64,000 nucleotides of DNA from Escherichia virus TH57. The notes below the pieces were generated by a model, which saw only the letters and a list, made by a program, of their open reading frames with translations, did no database searches and was not told the DNA's origin. The translations under genes and the position numbers were made by a program. This document shows positions 1-10,379 of the stretch, in pieces; the first letter of the stretch is position 1; the number at the start of each line of letters is the position of its first letter. Where the stretch lies: sequence record MT446422.1; one strand, given 5' to 3'.

Positions 1-143
1 GCACCAGCAGCATGAGGATTTTCCCCATCACCGAGCTGGTAGTAAAGGTCATCAAAGTTATTATTAATTTTTTGACCGCCGAGACGAAGATAATCGCCGG
101 TGCCATCATCGACCATCACGCCTATTTTTAAATTTTGTTTCAT
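1..143 (-). CDS. 10: baseplate wedge protein gp10, N-terminal fragment (continues beyond window start)
   Basis: Minus-strand ATG at 143..141 overlaps gp9 stop (TAATG); N-terminus MKQNLKIGVMVDDGTGDYLR matches the conserved gp9/gp10 N-terminal module; lies downstream of gp9 as in T4. Confidence 0.7.
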   Translation of the reverse strand, partial: MKQNLKIGVMVDDGTGDYLRLGGQKINNNFDDLYYQLGDGENPHAAG

Positions 144-1012
144 TAGATTGCTACCCCAATGGTTTGTGTCTCGGCTACCTTAATGGCGAGCTTCATGGAG
201 ACTGGTGCGCTTACGGTCGCCGTAACGAAGTTGTCAGCGCCTATTTTAAAGTTAATGGTATATAACTCGTCATCGTCATCCACGTGACCACGACGCAATA
301 CACCGTATTCTGTGCTATACACTTGGTTAGTCTGAGTGTCTACAAAGAGCATGACCTCTGATGCTTTGTATTTAGTTTCATCGGTAGATATAGCGGTTAA
401 CAAAAGTTTCATTGTTTTGAAATCACCGCGCAATGCAATGGGAATATCTCTTGCGTTCAGGCCAATATTATAAGTTCGGTCCAAAGGAATGTGTTTTACA
501 CCAAACATATTTTCGATTGAATAATCCCAGGTACCGACACCGTTTGCATCATCAATACACCAAAGAGTAATCTTTGTATAAGGGCTGGTGAAGCGAATTT
601 TGTTGGTCGGAGCCGAAACGAAAGTATCTGTGCCTTGTAGTTCGATTTCTAAAGATTGAGTTGGCGATAAAGTCCCATTAGAGTTAATGAAGATAATACC
701 TTCACCCATTTTACCGCGGGCAATCCTGGCAGTAACAACACCCTTGGAGGTATCAACATCACGGAGAGAACCAAGCGCAACAGGAGTGTTCCATTCGATT
801 ATGTTTGTTGCTTTTTGATAATAACCAGTAGCATGCAAGACTTGGGAGTTCTGACCATTATCGATTGCATAAAGACGTTGGTCACCGAAGGTATTATAGA
901 CGTTATTAAAATCTTCGTTAATTTTACGACCACCATCATATAAGATATCGCCGGTGCTGGCGTTACCAATTTCGCCGACATCTATTAAAAGTTTTGGAGT
1001 TTGATTAATCAT
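143..1012 (-). CDS. 9: baseplate wedge / long tail fiber socket protein gp9
   Basis: ORF track 289 aa, same length class as T4 gp9; synteny gp8-gp9-gp10; RBS and late promoter upstream. Confidence 0.85.
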   Translation of the reverse strand: MINQTPKLLIDVGEIGNASTGDILYDGGRKINEDFNNVYNTFGDQRLYAIDNGQNSQVLHATGYYQKATNIIEWNTPVALGSLRDVDTSKGVVTARIARGKMGEGIIFINSNGTLSPTQSLEIELQGTDTFVSAPTNKIRFTSPYTKITLWCIDDANGVGTWDYSIENMFGVKHIPLDRTYNIGLNARDIPIALRGDFKTMKLLLTAISTDETKYKASEVMLFVDTQTNQVYSTEYGVLRRGHVDDDDELYTINFKIGADNFVTATVSAPVSMKLAIKVAETQTIGVAI

Positions 1013-1039
1013 AGGTAAGCCTCATTATTGATATAGTTA

Positions 1040-1047
1040 TATTTATA
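1040..1047 (-). promoter_or_regulatory. late promoter TATAAATA for gp9
   Basis: Minus-strand TATAAATA upstream of the gp9 RBS. Confidence 0.55.
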
Positions 1048-1051
1048 AAAT

Positions 1052-1073
1052 AAAAAAGGGACCCGAAGGTCCC
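1052..1073 (-). terminator. rho-independent terminator after gp8
   Basis: Minus-strand GGGACC-TTCG-GGTCCC hairpin followed by TTTTTT. Confidence 0.65.
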
Positions 1074-1076
1074 TAG

Positions 1077-2081
1077 TTAGAATTCAAAAATAATATTTAC
1101 TTCTTCAGTTTGGTCCATTGCACGATAAACAGGTGGCCTGTTTTCCATGTAAATCATTTCACCAGAATGACGACTCAAATCAATAGCATCGTAATATTCT
1201 TTTGTTGCTTTGATGTTCGGGTCATTAGGTGCAGCTTTGATTTCCAGAGGGTTGGCGACAATTGAAATCTGTCGAAAACCTTTGTTACCTGGAAGGCTGA
1301 ATTGAGGGAAATAAATCGAATCCATGAAAGCCTTGAAACGAATTGTATTGCCCTTGATACGATAGATTAAACCATAATCATTTTGCTGCCATGTCAGGTT
1401 ATCTTTGTATCCCCAACGTTCCGGGTCTTCTGCAATTTCTTCTGGCCATGGAACAACGATATATTCGTTTGTACAACGGTTAATGGATACATCAGGCGGA
1501 ATCTCATAGAGATATTCCCAGAGATAACCATCACCCATATCAACACGACCTTCGGTGTCACCAGTCCCAGATGGAGCACGACTGGAAGCATAGTCTGACG
1601 TCCATTTGCCGCCAAGCTTAAGACATTCTTGCTTATTGGTGATGGAATAAATCGAACATGTACCAGATTCAGGAATATCCACGCAACGATAAACCATCCA
1701 ACCTTTACCAACATCAGTTCGGTTATATGGAGCTGTATTACTTACGACAATTTCACCAATCTGAAAGTTCAGCGGGTTAGGATAACGAACATCACCCCAA
1801 TCTTTACGAGGAACCACGCAGTCAAGCATGGATTTATAAACCTTGACTGCGCCCATCATATTGGACCAAACATCTTCAACACCTTGAGCATCATCAACCG
1901 GATAAGGTGGAGCAAAGCCCGGGTCGTTTTCGTTTGCGGCCCATGGTTCTGCACGGCCAAACGTGACATACATTGTATTTTCAGTTGCGCCATCTCCGAT
2001 AGCGCTGTAGAAGTTATACATTTTTTCCGTTCTGAATTTTGATGTAACAATTGAACGGTAAACTACGGTAGAGTTATTCAT
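1077..2081 (-). CDS. 8: baseplate wedge protein gp8
   Basis: ORF track 334 aa (T4 gp8 is 334 aa); overlaps gp7 stop; synteny. Confidence 0.85.
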   Translation of the reverse strand: MNNSTVVYRSIVTSKFRTEKMYNFYSAIGDGATENTMYVTFGRAEPWAANENDPGFAPPYPVDDAQGVEDVWSNMMGAVKVYKSMLDCVVPRKDWGDVRYPNPLNFQIGEIVVSNTAPYNRTDVGKGWMVYRCVDIPESGTCSIYSITNKQECLKLGGKWTSDYASSRAPSGTGDTEGRVDMGDGYLWEYLYEIPPDVSINRCTNEYIVVPWPEEIAEDPERWGYKDNLTWQQNDYGLIYRIKGNTIRFKAFMDSIYFPQFSLPGNKGFRQISIVANPLEIKAAPNDPNIKATKEYYDAIDLSRHSGEMIYMENRPPVYRAMDQTEEVNIIFEF

Positions 2082-5000
2082 TTACATTTACCTGTGTAGG
2101 ATTAACCGGGTCTCTTGGATTACCAATATCATCTTTAAGACGTTGGTCAACTAATGCTCTCCAATTTGAGAATGTAACAGCCGACTGGTCAAACAGTGGA
2201 CTATATTTTCCACGACGTTGTGACGGTAACAACCCATAGAACATGGAGAAATCATTCTCGGCATCATAATCGGCTGGTAATGGGAATGGTTGACCAGCAT
2301 TAGGAGCGATGTTATATATTGCTTCACCTGTGATAGGGTTTTTCTCAATAGTACCATCAACACCAATCACTGCAACTCGGTCATTCCATTCTGACGGAAT
2401 ACCAGAAGACCATCTATAGTTACTTAATTTATTAATGATTGTCTCGGTGTGTTTAAGAGTCAAACCAACGTTAACAAACATTGTCAGCAACGTAATACCG
2501 ATGAATCCAAATCCAACCGGGTGAACGAATCGCAAAACATCATTACGATAACGAGAGGTTGGAAGGTTTGACTTAATTGTCATTACGTAATAAGAGCGGT
2601 TACGATTAATATAATCGATGTTGTTGCTCAACAACTCTTTACCACGAACACCTTGCACAATCATCCCCTTGAATGAGGTTCTTTCTGATTTAATTTCTTG
2701 CCCAACAATAAAACGTCCCAGGAGGTTATGAATAGTAATACGCCATCTTAATTTACCGTCTTTATAATCGCGCTCCATATAAGTCACATTACTGCGACCA
2801 GTTGCAGTATAAATGGTTTGGCCTACAATGTCTTCACTGATATTATCAGATTCAACTACGATATCATACTCGGTTCCGTTCTTGGATTCGATGTCAATTT
2901 CAACATCTTCATTATACAGCAATTTGAACAGGAATTTATAAGACGCTTCTGTGCCTTTTGTTGCCCAAAAATCAGACTGTCGGGCCTGGAAGAATCGAAC
3001 AGCTTCGTCACGTTTTTCCTTGGAGAGGTAAATGTTGCGTTTGTACATTTCACTCCAGAGGTATTCCCATGCATCTTCCTCGCGTGGATATTGGTTACGA
3101 ATAAGATTCAACAGGTTGTTATAGTATGTACCAGAACCATCACTGATGAACTGCAAATAATATTCACAGAATTTTTCAAATTTACTATCCTGCAAAAGAT
3201 AGCTATCCGGAACCATCTTCGTTAATAATGGCTGCAGGTCAGGGTCTTTTTCCTTATTCTCATTTTCTGGAGTCCATGGAATATCATGTTCCTGGTTTTG
3301 CAGTTCGGCCATAAGCATAATTTCTTTTGGCTTCCAGATGATACGCACTTCATCGCGCACGCGATAGTCAAACTCAAAATAGCCAATTAATTCCCCAGTA
3401 TTTTTATGAAGCATAATCCCGGAGGCATATTTTTTAAAGCCATTGAATTCGATGTTAGGTGCAGTAATCGTTACTTGACCTTTGTTCCAATATTCATGCA
3501 CGATACGTTCCGGGGAAGTTCCACTAAATGTATCGATGATATACTGGTAAAGAACATCGTTATAGACGACCATTGCTCGGTCTGAAGTCGTAATCCAGCA
3601 ACGAGTATCGTCACGTCTTGACCAGTTAAAGAACGGCTCTGCATAGTAAGTCATACGCCCAGGTTTGAACTCTTCAAAGCCAGAATCTTCGCCAGCTCTG
3701 AAACTCATCATCAGGTAATGCTTATCATGTATCCATTGTTCATCGTAAACGTATTTGACTGCTTCGTTAACTTCATCAGGATATTTAAGAGGAAGTTCAG
3801 TATCAGGCTCAACCGAATATTTGAAGTTGCTGGAGCTAAAGAATACTTCGATGCCATCAGTTGACATGCTTGCATAACCATGTTCGATTCGGCGGCGTTC
3901 TTCTTCTGTATTACCAAAAACTCTCGTCCATGTATCAGTAACAGGGTCTAATTTATAAACACCTTTATCCAGAGAGTCAACAACGTTTTCAGGTTTAGTT
4001 GGGTCTTGTCTTTCTTCTTTAACTTCACCTGTAATTAATGCAAACGTATGGCCTTGAACTGAATCCATTTTATAGCAAACTGCTTTAGGGTTCGCCGTAA
4101 TTGTACTGTAACCAGTTTCAAATAGTTTTTCACCAAAAGTCGGAGACCCTGGGGTTGTATCAATCGGCGCATCAGAGGTTTTTGCTTTATATACACGACC
4201 ACGAGCCGCAACATAAATGAACTCATCCGAAACCGTAATAGCTTCTGCTATTTGCGAAATATATGCCGGAAGTCTTGCATAGTTACCGAAGATTTCAATA
4301 TCAAATCCAAGGTTAATATCCGAACCGACTTTAGCAAATGTAATATCTTCAGAACTGAATCGAACATCATCTGCAGACCATCTTATATCGCTTGATTGGC
4401 GACCATAGAATATACGGTCATACCCCAAAACGTAAGTTGTGGTATCAGTCTGGTAATATACAGTTCTTGATACAGGGTTACCGACCCGCTCGTTAAAGAG
4501 TCTTATGTAATACCAGTTCTGGCCTTTGTCATTGGAGACTTTAACCATCGGCTGGAATCGTTCGAACAAATAAAGAACTCCACCGAGTTCAGCAAGCATC
4601 GTGCGGTTTTGGTCAACACAAACTGCTTGAATCGGTCCCTGGATTTCGTGATATTGGTCTTCTTGTAAAACATAGTTCGAGATTGAAGACAAATGAGAAT
4701 ATGCAGAGGTCCATGTAAAGTCTTCGGTCATCAATGAGGCCATAATAGCATCATTGTTAAAGTTGATATATCTCTGATTGTTATTGGTGAATTTTTCTTC
4801 AATGAATTTATTAGCCAAACTAAATTCGCGCATATGTTCAAAAGTATACGCGTTTGTTGCAAAGGTTTCAAATTCTTCGGTGTATTCCCAATCAGACCGT
4901 TCGAAGCCCATTGCCGCAACAGACACGCGCATCTGATAACTTGTTAACGGACGAATATATTCCTGCTCGAACCATTCATTGTCTGCGGTATAACCAAGGT

Positions 5001-5169
5001 CACGCCAAATTAAATCTCTAGTTGGGATGTGTACTCCATTTTCTGTGATTTGCGCAATCTCCACAAAATAGTAAAAGTTGGAGCCTACATCATCCCATTT
5101 AATACTAACTTGGTTGGCAGATAGTTTATCAATCCGCAAGCTAGTAACAGAAGGGGCTTTAACGGTCAT
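2074..5169 (-). CDS. 7: baseplate wedge initiator gp7
   Basis: ORF track 1031 aa (T4 gp7 about 1032 aa); synteny gp6-gp7-gp8. Confidence 0.9.
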   Translation of the reverse strand: MTVKAPSVTSLRIDKLSANQVSIKWDDVGSNFYYFVEIAQITENGVHIPTRDLIWRDLGYTADNEWFEQEYIRPLTSYQMRVSVAAMGFERSDWEYTEEFETFATNAYTFEHMREFSLANKFIEEKFTNNNQRYINFNNDAIMASLMTEDFTWTSAYSHLSSISNYVLQEDQYHEIQGPIQAVCVDQNRTMLAELGGVLYLFERFQPMVKVSNDKGQNWYYIRLFNERVGNPVSRTVYYQTDTTTYVLGYDRIFYGRQSSDIRWSADDVRFSSEDITFAKVGSDINLGFDIEIFGNYARLPAYISQIAEAITVSDEFIYVAARGRVYKAKTSDAPIDTTPGSPTFGEKLFETGYSTITANPKAVCYKMDSVQGHTFALITGEVKEERQDPTKPENVVDSLDKGVYKLDPVTDTWTRVFGNTEEERRRIEHGYASMSTDGIEVFFSSSNFKYSVEPDTELPLKYPDEVNEAVKYVYDEQWIHDKHYLMMSFRAGEDSGFEEFKPGRMTYYAEPFFNWSRRDDTRCWITTSDRAMVVYNDVLYQYIIDTFSGTSPERIVHEYWNKGQVTITAPNIEFNGFKKYASGIMLHKNTGELIGYFEFDYRVRDEVRIIWKPKEIMLMAELQNQEHDIPWTPENENKEKDPDLQPLLTKMVPDSYLLQDSKFEKFCEYYLQFISDGSGTYYNNLLNLIRNQYPREEDAWEYLWSEMYKRNIYLSKEKRDEAVRFFQARQSDFWATKGTEASYKFLFKLLYNEDVEIDIESKNGTEYDIVVESDNISEDIVGQTIYTATGRSNVTYMERDYKDGKLRWRITIHNLLGRFIVGQEIKSERTSFKGMIVQGVRGKELLSNNIDYINRNRSYYVMTIKSNLPTSRYRNDVLRFVHPVGFGFIGITLLTMFVNVGLTLKHTETIINKLSNYRWSSGIPSEWNDRVAVIGVDGTIEKNPITGEAIYNIAPNAGQPFPLPADYDAENDFSMFYGLLPSQRRGKYSPLFDQSAVTFSNWRALVDQRLKDDIGNPRDPVNPTQVNVNE

Positions 5170-5197
5170 TAAGATTCCTTAAAGCCTCCGAAGAGGC

Positions 5198-7156
5198 TTA
5201 TAATGTAATTGGTTCTAAATTAATAGTCGTATACTGTGGACGAAGGTCATTTTCGAATACGATAAGCGAACCGTCTTTTGTATAGATATTGTCCTGGACT
5301 GGACCTGCATACAATTCGATTGATTGCACTTCAAAACGTTCAGAAGATAAACCAATTGCAGCGATGTCCCAGAAAATATAATCAGACCAATAATCGATTT
5401 CGCCGATTACAAAGTATTGAGTCTGGTCAGCTGGTGCAGCCATCTTATTAAAGTCAGTACCTGTATAAGGTTGAATATTTGTATTAAGCTGAACATCACC
5501 TGGACGGAACGGACCAATGACCATTTTACCATCACCAGATGAGTTGCGGTCAGTCGCTACAATACGGACGTTATATGAGGTAACAGTATCACTTTGGTTA
5601 GTTGGAACAAATTCGAATTCGCTTGATTCCACAGACCTATTAGTATATTGATTATAATATTTAATGCCTGATTCTGGAGTCTTAAAGAAGTTCAAGACTT
5701 CACGAACCATTGTCACCGTTGCAGACGAACCCAAAATACTATGGTCAGTATTATCCACATAAGTGAGCATTTTCGATTTAGCAAAACTGTGGTTAAACAA
5801 TTCAACTTCATCGATATAATAGCGGTCAATCTGGTTAATGATTTGTGCTTGCAACCACTGTTCAGATTCCTGTAATTTATTCAGCGCATAAGACACTTTG
5901 ATATTGTGTTTAAGGAACAAATAATCAGGAGAAATAACTGATGGTGTAATTGTTGATACGTTGAACTCACTAAGGTAGTTTTTGATGTCCTCACGCTGCA
6001 CTGCGGTGAGATACAAGCCCGATTTAGGCTTAACTGATATAAACGCATACCCAGGTTTATTTGCGTCCGTAAACGTCTGTACGGCTTGTACGATTGAGCC
6101 AAATCTTTCTGATACGAAGGTATCATAATCAGTCCCGGTGACAGCACGCATCTGCGCTTCACGTTTAACTACAGCCAGTTCGCGGATTCGTTCAATATCT
6201 TCCGGGTCACCGCCACCATCAGCTCCAACGTAATCTTTATCGTTATTATAGTTTTCGGTAATCTTGTCAACAGTGATATAAGACAAGGAGTCAGCATAGC
6301 TGAAGTCAACTGCACCATTTGCATCAGCCCCTGATGTGCGAAGATATTCGATAACAATTGTTGAATCCTGTACGGGTTTCAGTCCACCAATATAGTTTGC
6401 TTCCAATACGCCACCGGCAACAGATTTGGTCGATTCACCTTCACCGAAGAAGAATTCGGTATTACCATCAACAGTTTCACGCATATAGAAAATAGTGGAC
6501 GTTGAACCAGCATGAACCATTGATTTGTTTGTCCAGTCAGTCCACTCGATGCCGTTCACAAAAAGCTTAACTTCTTTTCGGTCAATATCCGGGTCACGAA
6601 TAAGAATAGGCTGTTTCGGGTCATACAAAAGTTCGGTACGAATAATGCGGCCTTGTGCAAGGGATACAATCGGCAGATATTGGTTATTAATGTCTTTTAC
6701 CGCGATTACATTATCCGTTGTGACAAACATATAAGGGTCAGCTGATGTATCACGAGCATAAGCCAGGAACTTGGTCCCGCGTGGAATTTCAATATTCGAT
6801 GGTTGGAGAGCATGAGAACATGTTAGCATAACCGAAGTCTTTGCGGCCGAACGTGAAGATGGGAGATAACCATTATCCTGTGCAGCCTGAACAACCGAAG
6901 ACCTTAGGTTTGCAGTTCCGATAAATGATTCATAAACTGCTGTATTAGCAAACTGCTGCATATACAATGTATTATATGCAAGCATATCAATCAGGATATT
7001 CATTCGCGAACCTACGAAATCATAATCCTTAAATTCGTCCTGGCTTGATAGCCAGTCTATAATATTCTTTTTAATTTCTTCAAACGTAGCTCCCACAAAT
7101 ACTTTTGGGATAGCGTTAACGGTTCTTGTTAATTGGTAATTCGTAGGAGTAGCCAT
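5198..7156 (-). CDS. 6: baseplate wedge protein gp6
   Basis: ORF track 652 aa (T4 gp6 about 660 aa); synteny. Confidence 0.9.
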   Translation of the reverse strand: MATPTNYQLTRTVNAIPKVFVGATFEEIKKNIIDWLSSQDEFKDYDFVGSRMNILIDMLAYNTLYMQQFANTAVYESFIGTANLRSSVVQAAQDNGYLPSSRSAAKTSVMLTCSHALQPSNIEIPRGTKFLAYARDTSADPYMFVTTDNVIAVKDINNQYLPIVSLAQGRIIRTELLYDPKQPILIRDPDIDRKEVKLFVNGIEWTDWTNKSMVHAGSTSTIFYMRETVDGNTEFFFGEGESTKSVAGGVLEANYIGGLKPVQDSTIVIEYLRTSGADANGAVDFSYADSLSYITVDKITENYNNDKDYVGADGGGDPEDIERIRELAVVKREAQMRAVTGTDYDTFVSERFGSIVQAVQTFTDANKPGYAFISVKPKSGLYLTAVQREDIKNYLSEFNVSTITPSVISPDYLFLKHNIKVSYALNKLQESEQWLQAQIINQIDRYYIDEVELFNHSFAKSKMLTYVDNTDHSILGSSATVTMVREVLNFFKTPESGIKYYNQYTNRSVESSEFEFVPTNQSDTVTSYNVRIVATDRNSSGDGKMVIGPFRPGDVQLNTNIQPYTGTDFNKMAAPADQTQYFVIGEIDYWSDYIFWDIAAIGLSSERFEVQSIELYAGPVQDNIYTKDGSLIVFENDLRPQYTTINLEPITL

Positions 7157-7164
7157 TTTATTTC

Positions 7165-7458
7165 CTATTTTATAAAGACTTTTGATGAGGCTTGAGCCAC
7201 AGTATCACCACATGAAATCGGGTCTGCCATTTGAACAGCTTTCTTGCCGGTAACGAATACCTTCGGAGTTCTTGGTTGTGTTACTCCGCCGTGGGTTTCA
7301 TATGGTTTTTTAATTTCGGTATGCTCGGTAATAGGGTCTCCGGCAACTAATACCGGAATTCCCCCGGTGAATACTTTACCTTGAGTTGCATTGATTACAG
7401 TCGGTGGCCAGGCTTCGTGACCTGCTGTAACACATTGATTGAAACTTAATCCAGCCAT
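7165..7458 (-). CDS. 5.4: PAAR-repeat spike tip protein gp5.4
   Basis: 97 aa, same size as T4 gp5.4; Gly/Pro-rich PAAR-like sequence ([17 protein letters not shown]...GGVTQP); lies between gp5 and gp6. Confidence 0.8.
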   Translation of the reverse strand: MAGLSFNQCVTAGHEAWPPTVINATQGKVFTGGIPVLVAGDPITEHTEIKKPYETHGGVTQPRTPKVFVTGKKAVQMADPISCGDTVAQASSKVFIK

Positions 7459-7979
7459 TAATCCCTCGCGTATACGTATGAACGCAATTTATCTGCCCAT
7501 CTTGACCAGTTACCGACGATAGTTTTTGTGTAAACTTTTGTCATTGTCTTTCTTACTGGAGCAGGAGGTGGGTCGGTCTCATTACCTGTACGGCTATTAC
7601 TGCCACCAGAGTTCCCTGTGTCTCCACCAGAGCTCTCTTCTTGAAAGTCATAGGTTAGGGTTACCGTGTATGAAAAGACCTTCTGGAGGCTCGCTGGGGC
7701 CCTCCAGAGATACAATTGAGTACTCTTATCTGTAGGAAGGTCTTCCCATGAACCGGCAGTTTTGAATTCATCATTAAGCCGATATTTAAGCGCATCATCT
7801 GCAAATCCGAACACGGATTCATAAACACCGTAAAGATGATTACCCTCAACATTAACGCCAGGGGTGGCCTCATATTCAGTTATATTTATTTCGACTAATG
7901 TTTCGTTTGTTTCTAATTGAGCCGTAAACGTAACATCGATTGAGGCTCCTTCCATGGAGTCTCCTAGGTCAGTGCTCAT
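7458..7979 (-). CDS. conserved hypothetical protein at the T4 gene 5.1 position
   Basis: ORF track 7458..8039; first in-frame ATG outside gp5 is at 7979; an alternative ATG with AGGAG RBS at 7955; start uncertain. Confidence 0.5.
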   Translation of the reverse strand: MSTDLGDSMEGASIDVTFTAQLETNETLVEINITEYEATPGVNVEGNHLYGVYESVFGFADDALKYRLNDEFKTAGSWEDLPTDKSTQLYLWRAPASLQKVFSYTVTLTYDFQEESSGGDTGNSGGSNSRTGNETDPPPAPVRKTMTKVYTKTIVGNWSRWADKLRSYVYARD

Positions 7980-7989
7980 TGGAAGTATA

Positions 7990-9732
7990 TTAGCCAATGT
8001 CAATCCTCGAACCATCAATAGTATATTGACCAGATGCAATTGAACTCATTGTTGACATTGTTTCGGACCAATTGCCAGCCACGGTCATATCAACGTTTCC
8101 ATTAACAGACCATTTGACATTACCATTTACCGTATAATCATGGTTACCTTCGACAAGAGTTTTTGCATCACCTTTAACAGTTATTTCAGCATTACCTTCG
8201 ACAAGAATACTTACATTACCTTTGACGATAATTGTACCATCACCTTCGATAGTTTTGGTTTCATTCCCTCTGATATGAATACTTTCGTTTCCATCGGTCT
8301 GGCGACGAACGTTAGCCATATTGTAATAGGTTTCATCACCGCCAACGTTGACTTTATTATTACCACCAACATAAGTACTCGAATCGCCCTGGGTCATATA
8401 ATAACCATCAGCCACAGTCTTCGAAGTTTTACGGCCATCTGGTGCAACTTCCTCATAGGACCCGGTTGGGTGAATCAGTCGATAACGTTCTTGCCCGGGT
8501 GTATTATCGAATTCCTGAATATGACCGCCTTCAGTTTGCATTGTCTGCACGTAAGGATATTCACCCTTGTAACTTGATTCTGGTTCTTTAAATAGAATCC
8601 TCGTATCTTCTGGAGTCCACGGGTCGGCCGGGTCAGAATTTGTAGGGGCTGCAAAGGTTTGAATCATCCTATAAGAACGGCCATTAAATTCTCTTTCTTT
8701 AGGGGCCATAATACCATATGATTCCATATTACCGGTAAGGATAATCATTGATACCCTTGATGCACGCCCTTTAGTTTGGTTAAACCATACTGAATTGCGA
8801 GCTTCCTCAAATGCCTTCTTATAATCGCCTATTAACATTGCACTAAGCATTCCACGGAATTTAGCCAATCCACCTAATCCCATTTGGAAAGCCATGTTTT
8901 CAAGAGCCATTTGTCTCGAACGGTTTTCTTTATTGTAAACCGGACCTACAACACTATGCTTGCCTATATCGTTTTGGACTTTTTTAAGGTCTTCCTGGAA
9001 TAACTTAGAAGCCTCGTCCATTGATATTGCACCAGGGTTACCTTTAACTTCACGGCCTATTTGATTAGATAATATTTTGTTTATCTGATTCATATCTCTA
9101 ATAGGTTGTGGTGCAATTAAGTGCCCTATACCTATAGTAGGATAACCCTCGGTGTCCCAATATACTTTCAAACGAAGACCTTCATCACGGTGAAGCATAT
9201 TTTCAATTGTGAAATTAGGGTTATCATCTGGTTTAACCTGACTCAAATCAAGACCATCCGGGTTAATACCCAAATCAAGGTTTGCATCTTGTATTACGTT
9301 CGAAGTGGCACCATAACCGACTTCGCCTCCACGGTTAAGCGCAGCAGCATCATTACCTACATAAAGCGGATATTGCCCGGTGGGGTCAGAGAAACCTTCG
9401 TTAGGATTTGCTTTTTGTCTTGAGGCTGAACCATATGTGCCAATGACAAGACCGTTGAGCTTCCACTTGTCTAAAAAGTGACCATACACTTGGGTTCCCG
9501 GGACCATACCAGTCATGGCAGTTTGAATTCCAGAAACCGATGCAGATGATGTTGGCATCAATACTGACATCCAAGGAAGGTCTTCAGTTCTGATACCTTT
9601 TACTGGCCCTTGTGCTTTCTCATATGGATGCATACCCCATACGCGAACACGTACACGACCTTGTTGAAGTGGGTCCATTCGGTCTTCAACAACCCCGACG
9701 AACCAACTTACATTATCTGACATATTAATCAT
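7990..9732 (-). CDS. 5: baseplate hub / cell-puncturing protein gp5 with lysozyme domain
   Basis: 580 aa; internal T4-lysozyme-like segment NMLHRDEGLRLKVYWDTEGYPTIGIGHL; C-terminal beta-helix-like VxGxxxVxV repeats; synteny 53-5. Confidence 0.9.
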   Translation of the reverse strand: MINMSDNVSWFVGVVEDRMDPLQQGRVRVRVWGMHPYEKAQGPVKGIRTEDLPWMSVLMPTSSASVSGIQTAMTGMVPGTQVYGHFLDKWKLNGLVIGTYGSASRQKANPNEGFSDPTGQYPLYVGNDAAALNRGGEVGYGATSNVIQDANLDLGINPDGLDLSQVKPDDNPNFTIENMLHRDEGLRLKVYWDTEGYPTIGIGHLIAPQPIRDMNQINKILSNQIGREVKGNPGAISMDEASKLFQEDLKKVQNDIGKHSVVGPVYNKENRSRQMALENMAFQMGLGGLAKFRGMLSAMLIGDYKKAFEEARNSVWFNQTKGRASRVSMIILTGNMESYGIMAPKEREFNGRSYRMIQTFAAPTNSDPADPWTPEDTRILFKEPESSYKGEYPYVQTMQTEGGHIQEFDNTPGQERYRLIHPTGSYEEVAPDGRKTSKTVADGYYMTQGDSSTYVGGNNKVNVGGDETYYNMANVRRQTDGNESIHIRGNETKTIEGDGTIIVKGNVSILVEGNAEITVKGDAKTLVEGNHDYTVNGNVKWSVNGNVDMTVAGNWSETMSTMSSIASGQYTIDGSRIDIG

Positions 9733-10331
9733 AATGCCTTCTCCATTTCACGGATAAGCGCGGAAATAAATGACTCAATGTCTTCCGGGTCAATTATTTT
9801 TATTTCGCGTTTGTATTCATTTTTACGGATAGCATCTTCATAGATATCCACTGCAGCTAATGGACCTTCATACTGCGGGTATAATTTGTTCTTGTCACCT
9901 TTATCGTACCAAGTGTATGGATTATCAGGATAAGAAACAAGGTTCCAGAACTTCTCGCCGTTTTCATTCACATGATAAAGGACCTGGTTACCACCAACAT
10001 TCGAATATTTCTGAATAGATGCCTGGTAAGATGATTCCTGAGAGCCGAGCCAACCATAATAAGGGTCATAGATATCATTGAGCATAAGGAGAACCCAATA
10101 TAGCTGCGTGTTCCCATAGAGCTGATATGCTAATTCTTCAGGTCTCGGAGCTCCTGCGATGTAATAGGTTTTTGGCGTATAATTAGCAGCGACCTTATCG
10201 AAATAAGCACGGTAGTTTCTGAAGATATCAGTCATTGGAATGCTTAAGACGTCTTCTTTCGTCAATGATGCTGAATTTTTTCTGATTGTTTTTGCATCAT
10301 AATCAATTGGGTTAAAAAATGAAAAAAGCAT
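9729..10331 (-). CDS. 53: baseplate wedge protein gp53
   Basis: ORF track 9729..10361 uses a TTG start; ATG at 10331 is preceded by GGAGG and gives MLFSFFNPIDYDAKT, matching the T4 gp53 N-terminus. Confidence 0.8.
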   Translation of the reverse strand: MLFSFFNPIDYDAKTIRKNSASLTKEDVLSIPMTDIFRNYRAYFDKVAANYTPKTYYIAGAPRPEELAYQLYGNTQLYWVLLMLNDIYDPYYGWLGSQESSYQASIQKYSNVGGNQVLYHVNENGEKFWNLVSYPDNPYTWYDKGDKNKLYPQYEGPLAAVDIYEDAIRKNEYKREIKIIDPEDIESFISALIREMEKAL

Positions 10332-10340
10332 AAAGCCTCC

Positions 10341-10351
10341 ATTTATAAATA
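10341..10351. promoter_or_regulatory. bidirectional late-promoter element between gp53 and gp4
   Basis: ATTTATAAATA reads TATAAATA on plus (for gp4) and TATAAAT on minus (for gp53) within the 48 bp between the two ATGs. Confidence 0.5.
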
Positions 10352-10379
10352 AGTATATCAATATTTATTAGGAGGCTAT

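Noticed and set aside
7458-8039. Using the ORF-track start (8039) for the gene after gp5
   Set aside because: That start lies inside gp5 coding sequence; downstream ATGs at 7979 or 7955 (the latter with an AGGAG RBS) are more plausible.
1383-9423. Plus-strand ORFs inside the minus-strand baseplate genes (for example 1629..2042, 2818..3225, 8140..8577, 9121..9423)
   Set aside because: They are embedded antisense in gp5-gp9 coding sequence and have no independent support.
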